Assembly (NCBI GenBank): GCA_054600435.1 | Contig: BAAIJX010000023.1 | Span: forward strand, 124,001-188,000 | Source of the DNA: Neophaeotheca triangularis | Taxonomy: Eukaryota | Reading direction: 5' to 3' | Length of the DNA: 64,000 nucleotides | Shown: positions 22,833 through 33,914 of the stretch, one piece after another | How positions within the stretch are numbered: the first letter of the stretch is position 1 | Layout of the letters: each line of letters begins with the position of its first letter | Translations under genes and position numbers: made by a program | The notes under the pieces: generated by a model | Database searches by the model: none | Told to the model about the DNA's origin: nothing | What the model saw: only the letters and a program-made list of their open reading frames with translations

Positions 22833-25800
22833 ATGAGCGGCAGCAGCAAGCCGTCCCCTCAGGTGGTCCGGCGATCTTCGCAAGTATTTGCAAACCAAGA
22901 CCACTTGCCGATTCGCGAGTCCCCTCGCTCGGATTCCAGGACACCTCGGAGGGGCCAATCAGGAGACAACGTCAAAGAGCTTTTACGGAGCGCCAACATC
23001 CAGGACAACATCGACGGTGTTGCGAACACTCTCACCGAGAGCCCCATTCAAGCCCGGAAAAATGCAGCACGTCCCATGTTTCGTAGCACCTCGAGAGCTG
23101 GTCCTGAAACCCCGTCGCCCATGAGCAACCTAGCCACACACACGCAACTGCCACCGTCTGAGGACGCGCGCCGAGCTCGGTCTCGTCAACCAAGCAGCGA
23201 TGTTGCAGGGATTGGACCGGGTCTTTCGACGAACATCAGCTCAAGCCAACCTGGAGCCCAAAGCAGCAATTCGACGTCTCCGGTCGAATCGAACCCGCAA
23301 AGTTCTGCTGGGTCGTATCGAACCGCTTCTGAATGTTGCGGAACGATTCCCCCGCCTGCGTTCCTTCAAACGACTGGATCTGAGTCGCTGCAAAACACAG
23401 AATTGCACTTTTACAAGGTCACGAGCGCGCACATGATGCCTGGTCAGGACAACGGCGGCCAATCAACCTCGAAAAAGCTGAGTCGTTTCATCCATCGACA
23501 CGGCCTCAAGTACTTATTCGAGAATGCCGAGAAGCTTTCGCACGTCCATAGCGACTACTTTCTATCACCGGTCAAGCTGGCACACAAGCAGCGTCCTATT
23601 AGGATGCGCAAGGTGCCTGCTAACGTCTCAAGAAACGTCAGCACCACTGGAGGTCAAGCCCCACAGGCTCGTGTTGGTGACGACAAGTGGAGCTTGATCG
23701 TGGTCGATGCGTCAAGTCCCGCGGTATCAACATGCGACCTTTCGGTCAACGTGGAAGAGATCGAGAAGGACAGCCTTTTCGAGCTGGCGCGTGTGCGCTC
23801 CTTTTTCCCCAAGGACGACCTCAAGGAGACTGAGCACCACGAGCAGCAATCTCGGTCCAACTTGGACGCGGTCATCGCTTCTCTGCTTCGCCTGCAGTTC
23901 GAGAAAGCTGAAATTGTCGACGTTGCAAAGACATTCAGCCATGGCAACCGTGTCTTTTCCCACATGCACTCAGAGCTCATCCCAAATCTCGCTCTGAAGA
24001 AACACGGCTTGGAGGGCAGGATCGTCTACGACGACTGCGGCCTGAGCCCGTCACTCGCCTGGAAGCCTTGCGTCGCCAACTTCATCCCTGAGGCTCTGGT
24101 CTCAGACTTCCTCATCGCCGTGGCTGGGCCTTGCATGTCCGAAGCAAAGTACCTAACCGACGCTCGCATGAACCGCTTGACAAAGATGTTGAAAGGCAAA
24201 CGGGTTGCGGTTGCTCTTGCGTCTGGGTGCGAAAAGCAGACATACTCCATCATCGGCTTCTGTCAAAGTGCTCAAGATGACCCGTCAGCACTGTACCTCA
24301 CCAACAAGAGGGTCACTTTGAGCAGCATGCGGTACCCGGACATGGCATGCTTGAGGGCTGTCCGCACAGGCCCGGGGTTCAGCAAGCAGCCCGTGACTCT
24401 GCCCGCCGAGCTTTGCAAAATACTTCCTGGACAGTCCCTCCGTTTTGAGCCACCACTCCAAGCCTCCGACATCTCGGTACCGCGTCCAGGGCGAGCAGTC
24501 ACAGAGTATGTGCCCAAGGATGGCGATCCCTTCGAAGGCATCAGGCCCGACACTTTTACGCTCCTCTTCGCTCGTGTGGTGGATGAAAACTCGCCGGTCA
24601 GCTCCGATGACGAGTTGTCCGCGAAATCATGGGACAATTTCAAGACAGAAATCGGCAAACGTTTCAACGGCAAGCTTCGTGAAGCTGTCGATCGTTTCAA
24701 CGACGAGATGTACCGCAATGATGATAGTGAGGAAGTTGACGACACCGTCATCAAACGCAAAGTCAATGACCAAAAAGGCTCCTGGGCAGACATGTGGCAG
24801 AACCATTTTGAAGATCTTTGGCACTCCATCGAGCAGCGCAGCGGCAAAGATACCGTCCTGATTGTCGCGATACCTCCTAGTTTGGCAAAGACCGAGGTGA
24901 ACCAGATGAAAGCCTTCTGCGACGTCAAACTCGGCATTCAGGCTTGCTTCGTCAACACCAGGGAGCTTTCCAAACGCTACGAACCGCGTGCCAGGCGCGA
25001 TCAGAGCCCGATGGTCAAATACACAGGCGCCGTCGTTCGACTTTTCTTTTCTCGAGCACTTGCCCCAGCAATCGATGGGGACGCGACTTCAAGCGCCACG
25101 AACGACCCTCCAGAAGATTATGGAAAGCTGGTCGTCGGTCTGCAAGTCACCAGGATGAAAAGCTTCTTTGCCGGACGTGGGACGGATTCCAAACCTACGG
25201 TGAGTGGAGATGATGGTGAGAGGTTCCTCGTGACTATTGTCGCTTTCGATGGCACCGAGCGCCGCCTGACGTCCACCTTCAAAATGCCCGTTGGCAATCT
25301 CACCGACCTTCCACGCCTTCTTGCAGAGAAAATCAACGAGACAGTGGACTTGTCCAGTTACAAGCAGACAGTAATCCATTTTGTTGGTCACGATGCCTTC
25401 GATCTCGGCTTCTTCGATCCGTTCTTGAATCTACTCGATCGTTTACGTCTACAACATCCCCTCGCCACAAACACATCCGAGCAAGTGCAGATCGTCGCAT
25501 ACTCCGCCGAATCGAAACTCTCGAGCATGGGAGCGAGCGAGACGCCCCACTCGACGATACCCTTGGAGTGCATCTCCCAGGTCGACAACCCTTCTGATGC
25601 TTTGCCTGCACCGGTGCACGGAGCCGCCAAGAACAGCGTCTTCGGCGACCGCGAGCTCCGCTCCCACATCACCAACGTCACAAATCTCGACTCTGCTCTT
25701 CGCGCGGTTTTCGTCCACCCTGGCGGCAACTCCCAGTCGCTGAAACAGGACCCGTACCGCGTCTCCTACCACCACAGCATGACGGCTCAGAACGCCACGC

Positions 25801-26009
25801 AGAAGTTCCGCTACACCTTCGCGCCGAACCAGCAAGCGCACATTCACTACCGCCAGCTCGAACGCCGCGCCCTGCCACCAATCGTCTTCCTGGTGCAAAA
25901 AGCGACCAAGCGCGCCCTCACCCGCATGGACACCTCCACCGATGGCACCCAGCCGCTCGAAGTCCCCGAAACCCACGTTGCGCTGCAGCACAGCCTCTAC
26001 TTTTTGTAG
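22833..26009 (+). CDS. Highly divergent Argonaute-like protein (PAZ-MID-PIWI remnants, catalytic residues absent)
   Basis: Ago landmarks in correct order: LTKMLKGKRV, RYPDMACL, PVTLPAELCKILPGQ (PAZ end), VLIVAIP..MKAFCDVKLGIQACFV (MID), LVVGLQVT (cf. VVGxDVTH), LPPIVFLVQKATKRA (cf. PPAYYAxLAxxRA), HVALQHSLYFL* (cf. HxxLxxTMFYI). Confidence 0.75.
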   Translation: MSGSSKPSPQVVRRSSQVFANQDHLPIRESPRSDSRTPRRGQSGDNVKELLRSANIQDNIDGVANTLTESPIQARKNAARPMFRSTSRAGPETPSPMSNLATHTQLPPSEDARRARSRQPSSDVAGIGPGLSTNISSSQPGAQSSNSTSPVESNPQSSAGSYRTASECCGTIPPPAFLQTTGSESLQNTELHFYKVTSAHMMPGQDNGGQSTSKKLSRFIHRHGLKYLFENAEKLSHVHSDYFLSPVKLAHKQRPIRMRKVPANVSRNVSTTGGQAPQARVGDDKWSLIVVDASSPAVSTCDLSVNVEEIEKDSLFELARVRSFFPKDDLKETEHHEQQSRSNLDAVIASLLRLQFEKAEIVDVAKTFSHGNRVFSHMHSELIPNLALKKHGLEGRIVYDDCGLSPSLAWKPCVANFIPEALVSDFLIAVAGPCMSEAKYLTDARMNRLTKMLKGKRVAVALASGCEKQTYSIIGFCQSAQDDPSALYLTNKRVTLSSMRYPDMACLRAVRTGPGFSKQPVTLPAELCKILPGQSLRFEPPLQASDISVPRPGRAVTEYVPKDGDPFEGIRPDTFTLLFARVVDENSPVSSDDELSAKSWDNFKTEIGKRFNGKLREAVDRFNDEMYRNDDSEEVDDTVIKRKVNDQKGSWADMWQNHFEDLWHSIEQRSGKDTVLIVAIPPSLAKTEVNQMKAFCDVKLGIQACFVNTRELSKRYEPRARRDQSPMVKYTGAVVRLFFSRALAPAIDGDATSSATNDPPEDYGKLVVGLQVTRMKSFFAGRGTDSKPTVSGDDGERFLVTIVAFDGTERRLTSTFKMPVGNLTDLPRLLAEKINETVDLSSYKQTVIHFVGHDAFDLGFFDPFLNLLDRLRLQHPLATNTSEQVQIVAYSAESKLSSMGASETPHSTIPLECISQVDNPSDALPAPVHGAAKNSVFGDRELRSHITNVTNLDSALRAVFVHPGGNSQSLKQDPYRVSYHHSMTAQNATQKFRYTFAPNQQAHIHYRQLERRALPPIVFLVQKATKRALTRMDTSTDGTQPLEVPETHVALQHSLYFL

Positions 26010-26404
26010 AGGCCGACGACTTTCCCTTGCTCTTTTTCGCGTCGCTTGCTTGGTTGTCTTCACTTCACAACACCCCACACTCGCTTTTCCTCACATTTCC
26101 AAAAGTCCTCTCCTGAGAGGGGCGGGCCCGTCACTGGACCTTGTCATGTCCTGCCACTGCGGACCTCTGGCATTTTTGTGCTGCGTTCTTGAATTTGGTG
26201 CTGTGTTTGGGAGAATGCGGGTATTTGCGGTACTGGACTTTGGATGATGTGGATTAGCTCACTTGAAACTTTTGCTCTCACCTTTGTCTCACGGTCTTCA
26301 CGGGTTAACGGTAAATCTCGGTGTTGAGGTAGTTGGTTGTAATCATCACCTCCCATATCCATTGCATATCCTACAAGAAAGGCAGTCACGGATCTGGTCT
26401 AGCC

Positions 26405-27148
26405 CTACGACTTCTGGTGCCTGCCATCGTCGCCATTGGAGTATGGGCCTCCGCTCTCTTTGACCAAACCTTGCTGCTCGTTGTGGTCCTTGCTCTGTTG
26501 GCTCCACTCCGGCGCCTCATCCTTTCCATTCTCTTCCTCCTCATCACCCTCATCCTTGGTTTTATGCTCTGTCTGAGTATCGTGCTCGGCAGGGCTGTAG
26601 ATAGTAACCACCTCGAGCGGCTGCGTCTTGGACGTGTTGATGAACTGATGCTGAGTACCGGCTGGCACAACGACGACGTCCGAGGCTTTGACGTCCTGCG
26701 AATGATTAGCAGAACGCTCTACCAAATCCGGGTCGATGAGTCTGCATACCTGGTCCTTCCCAGCCACCGTTGCCTTGCCCTCTCCAGATGTGAAGATCAA
26801 TACTTGGTCGACCATGTGAACTTCGTCCCCAATGTCTCCACCCACGGGAATCTCCATGGAGACCAACTGCGAGAAAAGACCAGTGTGCATGACTGACATT
26901 GTGAGCTATCGTTAACATCCAAGAGGCGCTTTGGTCCTACCTTTGCGGAACTGCCCAAAAGCTCTCACATCAGACGTGAGCTTCGGGAAATACACCATCT
27001 CGTGCTTCGGCGGGTCTGTCGGCATCTTAGAGTCTTTGCCCATGGTTGCTATGGTAGTTGAGAACGCTCTGAGCGGCAGTACTGCAGGTGGTGGTTTGGT
27101 CTTGGAAGCTTTGGTGACGATGCGAGAGATGGTGCGAGCAGAGAACAT
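26405..27148 (-). CDS. Cupin (RmlC-like / mannose-6-phosphate isomerase-like) protein with possible mitochondrial presequence
   Basis: Introns 26893-26940 and 26696-26749 give FRKVMHTGLFSQLVSMEIPVGGDIGDEVH..DQ..VVVVPAGTQHQFIN..TIYSPAEH. The N-terminus is Arg/Ser/Thr-rich and acid-free. Confidence 0.85.
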
Positions 27149-27553
27149 TGGAGGATGTGTGTGGTGTGCTATACTTGCCCTGAGTGGGTGCGTCGCTCTC
27201 GCATATATGGTGACTACGGTGATCCAAAGCGTAGAGTTGCTTAGGGTCCCATTCCATTACAGCAATGGATGCGCCATAGAGCTCATGACGTGATGGTAGC
27301 GCCGTCGAGATCGAGAGCTCGACGAAGCTCATCAAGCCGAAGTTGTGCTCGAGCCGAGAGCCCCGCACGGTTGATTGAGGACATCACCCTCTCCTCCATC
27401 AAGAGCCCAACACCAGGAAACCCGTCAAGCCATTGTGAGCAGGCCGTTAACAATTACCTAGCTGCTGGTCGCCATTTGATACGAAACAGAGGTTTCCATT
27501 ACTTCAGACGAAGTTCAGCACCCACCGCAGTGTCGTAAGAGCGACAGGGAGCC

Positions 27554-28057
27554 ATGGCATCAAACTCATCCACCGACGAGCACTCACACGCTCCGCCTCC
27601 TGAAGACGGCTGGAAGCGCGAAGGCGTCCGAGTGATAGGCGGCGACCAACTCGACACCAACACACCCCAGACCCCAGGCATGAACCGCGCAGCAGCCGTC
27701 AACTTTGCCCGAGTGGGTGCCCAAAAGCTCTGGGCAGGCACAGTGCACATCCACGCCGATGCCAAAACCGGCGCACACCATCACGGCCACTTGGAGTCCG
27801 TCATATACGTCGTCAAAGGCAAAGCGCGCATGCGATGGGGCGAGAAGCTGGAGTTCACTGCCGAAGCTGGTCCTGGAGATTTCATCTACGTCCCTCCGTA
27901 CGTGCCGCATCAGGAGATCAATGCTAGCAAAGATGAGACACTCGAGTGCGTTCTTATGAGGAGTGATAGCGAGGCTGTTGCTGTTAACATTCCTGGGTTG
28001 GAAGCTGTCGAAAAGCCTGAGACTGTCAAGTGGATTGACCCGACGCATCCTCACTGA
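27554..28057 (+). CDS. Cupin_2 domain protein
   Basis: TGAHHHGHLESVIYVVKG and AGPGDFIYVPPYVPHQEIN cupin motifs 1 and 2; intronless. Confidence 0.9.
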   Translation: MASNSSTDEHSHAPPPEDGWKREGVRVIGGDQLDTNTPQTPGMNRAAAVNFARVGAQKLWAGTVHIHADAKTGAHHHGHLESVIYVVKGKARMRWGEKLEFTAEAGPGDFIYVPPYVPHQEINASKDETLECVLMRSDSEAVAVNIPGLEAVEKPETVKWIDPTHPH

Positions 28058-29704
28058 TCGAGCCTCTACGTAACCGCCATGCTTGGCTCTCAATTCTTCC
28101 ACTGGGATCTCGAGTCTTGTTTTCCCGGACTCCTTGTTCGCTTTGCTTGACTATCGAATTCTCTATCCTCGACAGACTTTTGTGGCTTAACGGGGCGCTG
28201 CACAGTCGGCCCTGTAGCCGCCGCATAGCCACCCTCATGTCTAGAGTGGCGAGCAACGAGCTACCGTCTTATTAGCGATTACAGCCAGCACTTCGTTTTG
28301 ATCGTATCAAAGGACCACGAAACTGGGGTTCCGATCTGGAGCTTCGTGATCACCCTACGACATCGACGAAGTAGCCATCTACCTACAGTAACTAGACATA
28401 TCCACAAGTCTATCTCCCAGCGCGGACCTTTGGGCATTGGTACCCATAGCTCTGAACACGATGGCTGAACCCTCTGGAACGATACTGGTCACACTTAGCT
28501 GATGGAGCTTCATCGCGCGTAGCTCGCCGGTCACATGCGGGATGCATGCGATTGATAACATGGGATCACTATAACCACGACGAATCCATGGATACTGTCG
28601 GCCACGCTGTTTTCGCACTGCCTCCTTTAGCTTTGCTTGCCATCTTCTTTTTTTTCCCCTCCCGTACGCTTTCGAGAAGTGGTTTGAGCGAAGGGTGACC
28701 AATGCTTGGACGATACGCATCATAATGGGGAGCCTGACCGGATATTTCGCTTTGATTCATTTACTGGCTGCTGGCGCCTTTTACTTCTGGACCTAAGACC
28801 ATACAGTATCGACGAAGCCTGCAAGCTTGCGCAGGCCGACTGGCTTGGTAAGGACATGTGAATGAACCAGCAGTCGAACGTGCGCGACCAAATCCGACAG
28901 GGGTACATGTGTTTGACGTCCGGGAGTAGCAGGACAACTGGAGAAGCGAAATTATCAATAGAACCGATGTATCGGACGATATCTCTACATTACGTGTAAA
29001 ATCTCTTTGCCATTCTTTTCGACACACCATGGGCGAGACGATAAACCAGCAGGGAAGCTCATTTGTTGAGCCTCGAGAGGACAGCGCTGAGGAACATTCC
29101 TTCTGTTCTGGTCAAGACCATAGCCTCTCCGAGATGATAGAACTCGGACGCCCTTGGCTCTTGGCGGTGTTTGAAGTTCTCTCGCTTACAGTCTCCCCGC
29201 AAGTCCAGACGATTTCACGGAGCACACGGTGGCATGTCCCAGGGGCACTGCAGCCTTCGCGAGGTACTCAACGTGTCATATACATGCGACACTGCCAACC
29301 TCTGGCGCAAGGTCAGCAGTGCAAAGCATTCTGAAGACTCTTCTTACCCTCGACCACACCAATAACGCATGTTGATGGACACTCCTTGTCCGAGCAATGC
29401 ACACGCAATGGCAGCAAGTTGAAGACAAGATTTGCCATGCTTCTGCATCGCGTCCATAATGAGATGAAAGCGAAACCACAAGACTGACCATCATGCAATG
29501 ATGTCTCGTAGCCTTAGCGGCGAGCGCTCCCGTAATATCAAGACCGCCAACAAAAATGGGATGAAGATATAAAACAAGGCTCTCCGTGTCCTTCACGCCT
29601 CCCTTCCTCAAAAATCCAGAAAACAACAGATTTCAGTTCGCGGTCTCTCAATTTGTGCTTTTTTTGCACAGCCACTCTTTTATCGATTCCAATTCACTGT
29701 CAAT

Positions 29705-30984
29705 ATGAAATTCACTGCGTCCATTGCTGCGGCAATACTCGCGCACCTGGCGTGCGCGGAACCATGCTACACTGTTACCGAGTACGTCGACGCAGCGACC
29801 GAGCCAACTCCCGCACCATGGACTGGCGACTACTCGTCCGCTGTTGAGGAAGCCCCTGCCTTCTCTTCCTCCGTAGAAGAGGCACCTGCGTTCACTTCCG
29901 TCGTTGAAGAAGGCCCCGCCTTCCCTACGACGGTCGAAGAAACTCCAGCCTTCTCCTCTGTCGTTGAGGAAGCTCCTGCCGCGTCGTCCGCCGTCGAGAG
30001 CCCTGTTGAGGCTGCTCCGGGGGTTGATGGTGTCGAGGCCGTCGACAGGCCCACCACTACCTCTGGACCCATCGGTTACGCCAGCTTGAATGGAGGTACT
30101 ACTGGTGGCGAGGGCGGCTCTACTACAACCGTTTCTTCCATTGCTGAATTTACTGCCGCCGCTGAGGCTGATGGCCCTGCCGTAATTTACGTCTCCGGCG
30201 AGATGTCTGGCACTGAGGTGATCAGGCCTACTAGCGACAAGAGCATCATCGGTCTTTCGGGTGCGACCTTGGACGGCATTGGCTTCTACGTCAAGGAGGT
30301 CAGCAACGTCATCATCCAGAACTTGATCATGCGCAATGTCATCGACGACTGTGTTGGCATTGACCTGGCTACCAACATCTGGGTCGACCACATGGACCTC
30401 TCCTCCAACTTTGACAACGGCAAGGTACGTAACATTATCCACATATCAATCGATACGGACTTAGCTAATCATTTGTCTAGGACTATTACGACGGTCTTGT
30501 CGACATCACCCACGCTGCCGACTACGTGACCGTCTCCAACACTTTCTTCCACGACCACTGGAAGGCGTCCCTCATTGGCCACTCTGACGACAACGCTGAT
30601 GAAGACACTGGATACCTCCACGTGACCATGCACAACAACATCTGGGAGAATGTCAACTCGCGCCAGCCCTCAGTCCGCTTCGGCACTGTCCACATCTTCA
30701 ACTCGATCTTCGAAGCCGGCTCTCAGGGCGGTGACAGCGCTGTCAACACTCGAATGGGCGCCCAGGTTCTCGTTGAGGGCACCATCTTCTCCGGCTACAG
30801 CGACCCTGTCATGTCTGACTTTTCTGACCTCGATGGCTACGCTGTTCTCCGCGACAACGACTACGGCTCTGGCTCCCCGTCTGCCCCTGAGGGTACGCTT
30901 AGCAGCGTTCCCTACGAGTACTCTGCTATCCCTGTCGGTGACGTTCAAGGCGCTGTAGTTGGTTCCGCTGGTGCCACTCTCTAA
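29705..30984 (+). CDS. Secreted pectate lyase (polysaccharide lyase family 1)
   Basis: Signal peptide, GYASLNGGTTGG, NVIIQNL, NIWVDH, intron 30425-30480, YYDGLVDI, HWKASLIGHSD, SRQPSVRFG (RxPxxR). TATA-like TATAAAA at 29568. Confidence 0.93.
29843..29992 (+). repeat. Five tandem 30-bp coding repeats (VEExPAFxSx) in the pectate lyase N-terminal region
   Basis: VEEAPAFSSS VEEAPAFTSV VEEGPAFPTT VEETPAFSSV VEEAPAASSA. Confidence 0.9.
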
Positions 30985-32207
30985 GACAATAGCGTCTTAG
31001 GCTACGTGTGGCGGAGGTACATTAGTACCGCAAGGGTAGTGCTTCATACTGATCATGTGATGTACAACACAATATACAAACCCACGCTTGATGCGCGGGC
31101 GAAAACAGCACTTCCTATTTCCTCTGTCTTCGGTAAGCATTATTGTTTATCGTTACCTGCAGGCTGACCTACCTCTCAACATGGTTAGACTCGGCTACAA
31201 CGTAAAGCCTCGGTGTATTTTAGATGTCAGCTCACGCAAGCCGGTTTCAGCTGCAAAGTACAAGTTGGGAAGTGCTTTTGCAGGCAGTCTTTTACCGAAG
31301 GGACCCAAAAACAAATACCGGCGCTACTTGTTTGAGATAGGTCGGACTTCCGTGCTGGCTGGCTGGTCTGCACGATTCGACTTTGCATTGAGTCGTCTCC
31401 ATTTCTCCTTCAACTTTGTCAAGGTCGTCCCTCAAAATCGACAACACATCTTCACGTGCAGCGCCGAGAGCCTTGTTGTCAGACTACCTTGACTACCACA
31501 CCCTCAGAGACGCAGTTTTGGCATTCTGAGGTTGTGGTTCCGGACCGTCTTTCCTGGAGATCCCAGGACCGGTGAAAAAGTGTTCGAATCATCACCACGG
31601 CTGACTCGGGATATAGCGAGAAACACTCAGATGCAACCCAGAGCTCAGGACAACAGGAGCTCCTGGTGGTCACCTGCCGCTGGTTATGTCGCGATTCAAG
31701 CATGTGAAAGGTACTTCCATCGCAGCTCAGCGCCGAACCAGCTTCAGCGGACACATGATTGGAGAGTTTGGCGCGCCGTTTGCTCATTGCAGCCCAAAGA
31801 CTCGCAGTTGGCATGAACCTGCAGCACTCCGGCTCAAGTTCAAGGGGTATCTACGCTCATACTGAACGTTGCATGTTCGTCCGTCAGAAGAGGGGACAAT
31901 GCGGCTCTGTGAGACTGTAAATGTGACGAAAAGAGGTATAAAGATCAGCACCGAGTGGCCATCGCTGACACGGCCGTTGTCTTCTTCGAATAGTCGAGGA
32001 GCTTATCACGCAGCGTAACCCCCATATCCAGTTGTCTTTCGCCTTCGCGCTGGTCCCCCTTGAGCTGTCTTATTCGTTGCCCCGATCAAGGCAGTTCCAC
32101 TTCACCGTCCAATCGGGCCGTCCTGTTCTACCAAGCATCCCGACGACCGTCAAGCCGTGTTGCCTTCTGTTTTAGGGTTGCCGGGTACCTTGCATTCAGT
32201 CCTCGAC

Positions 32208-33914
32208 ATGAGCGTATCACAGCCCCGTACCTTTTGGGACGGTAGACGAAATCAATACTACTACTACGACAGCAACCGCGATGAGTTAGTGTATCAAGAT
32301 GGCACTCGGTTTAGGAGGCCGGATAGTGTGCCACGCACGACTTTGATGGCCCAGGCAACATCGCAAGTTCCGAGTGCGCCATCACAGCAAGGTCACAATC
32401 CCGATTACGAGCCGAACTATGTGCCAGGCCAAAGGAACACGAGTGCTCGCGCACAAGCGCAGAGTGCAGCCCCGAGACAACCACCAACCGACCAAATGAG
32501 CGGATTGGCAATCTCCACCGCAACCAACAGGCAATCTGGAGATCAACGAGATAATTTCAGAGGTCATCAGCCGACTGCAACAACCACTCGACAAGCGCAA
32601 GGTGAATCACAACAGGGTGCAAACCAGACGGTACGCAGAGGGGCTCCAGATCGATCTCCCCCCACAAATACGTATCAGGCTGTACCCGGTGGACAACATG
32701 CAAGACCGCAGCCTTCAGTTAATCAAGGACCGCCACGACAGGGAAGCCAAACGCAGCCCCAAGGCTCCGGGGATGTGAACTTCACGGACTCTCGCAACGG
32801 CGTTAGTGTGTCAATCAAAACCGGGTCCCCGCAAGACATCACCGACGCAGCGTTATATCGCGAGGGTGGAAGAGCCCAGCGCATGTTAGTCGGAACCGCT
32901 GGCGACGCGGAACAACTCTTCCCCGAATTCAAAAAGAAGCCACAACCAAGAAACTTCTTCAAGTTCGGCAAAGTCTTTTACACACTGTGGGCAGAGCCGG
33001 CTGGCGAGACGACGACCGCAATCTCCATGCTGGAGCCCGGTATTTTGCCTGGCCGATACGAAGGCGAAAAGATCTTCTCCAAGGTTCGGCGCTTCGTAGT
33101 CATCCGCGAAGGAGAGACCTACTGCAGTGCAATCCCCATCACCACGTATGGTTCTCGAGGTGTCGGCAAGTCTGGTGTCAACAAATCCGAGCATGTTGTG
33201 ATTTATACCGGAAAACAAGCACCTGAACCAGGCAGGGACGAATCTGGGATGCGCAAACCGTCAATTCGTGTCGATCCAGACCACCGAGACGGGAAATTAG
33301 ATCGATTGTCGAGGCTCAACCTCGCGCAGGTGTTCACGGTTCAGGTAAGCTGCAAACATTACATCGACTGCTAGTGCAGCCCCCGGACCACTGACATGTC
33401 GAAGCATAACCTGAAGGTCAAGAGCTTCGGCAAAGTACATGAGGCTTCACAGAAGCCTTTAAGAGAGCTGACTCTAGCTGTCTGGAGAGGTGATGCTTTT
33501 CCCAACTGCTCTAACAGCAACGATGACGATTCGGATAGTGACGACCAAGCCGACGACCAAGCCGGGTCTGTGCGGAAGGCTACAGCACAACCAAGTTCGA
33601 AAGAAGCAGTGCAGAAATCAGCACAAGCAATTCGCGCGCAAGCTGCCAATAGTACCTCATTAAAGAGAAAAGCTCCATCCCGCGAGGCTCGGGCTTCCCA
33701 AGGACAAGAAGATACCATCGCCGCCCTCCAGAGACAAAAAGGATTTACAAAAGAGCAGGCGTTACAGGCTTTGCTCAGGAGAAACCAACTGGCAGAGCAG
33801 AGCTCCAATGCGATGGCTGGTCCTTCCCGGGCGTATCAGGGCTCAGGGGCCCGAAAGCAAGACGAACAGGACGATGACGAAAGCGAAGAGGACAGCGAAG
33901 ACGAAAGCGACTGA
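32208..33914 (+). CDS. DUF6590-type domain protein, paralog A
   Basis: FFKFGKVFYTLWAEPAG..KVRRFVVIREG..CSAIPITTYGSRGVGK..EHVVIYTG..LDRLSRLNLAQVFTVQ, intron 33345-33404, HNLKVKSFGKV. Aromatic N-terminal motif, Gln-rich linker, acidic tail. Confidence 0.85.

Noticed and set aside
28060..29700. Short ORFs upstream of the pectate lyase
   Set aside because: No motifs or coherent splice structure; probably promoter/intergenic.
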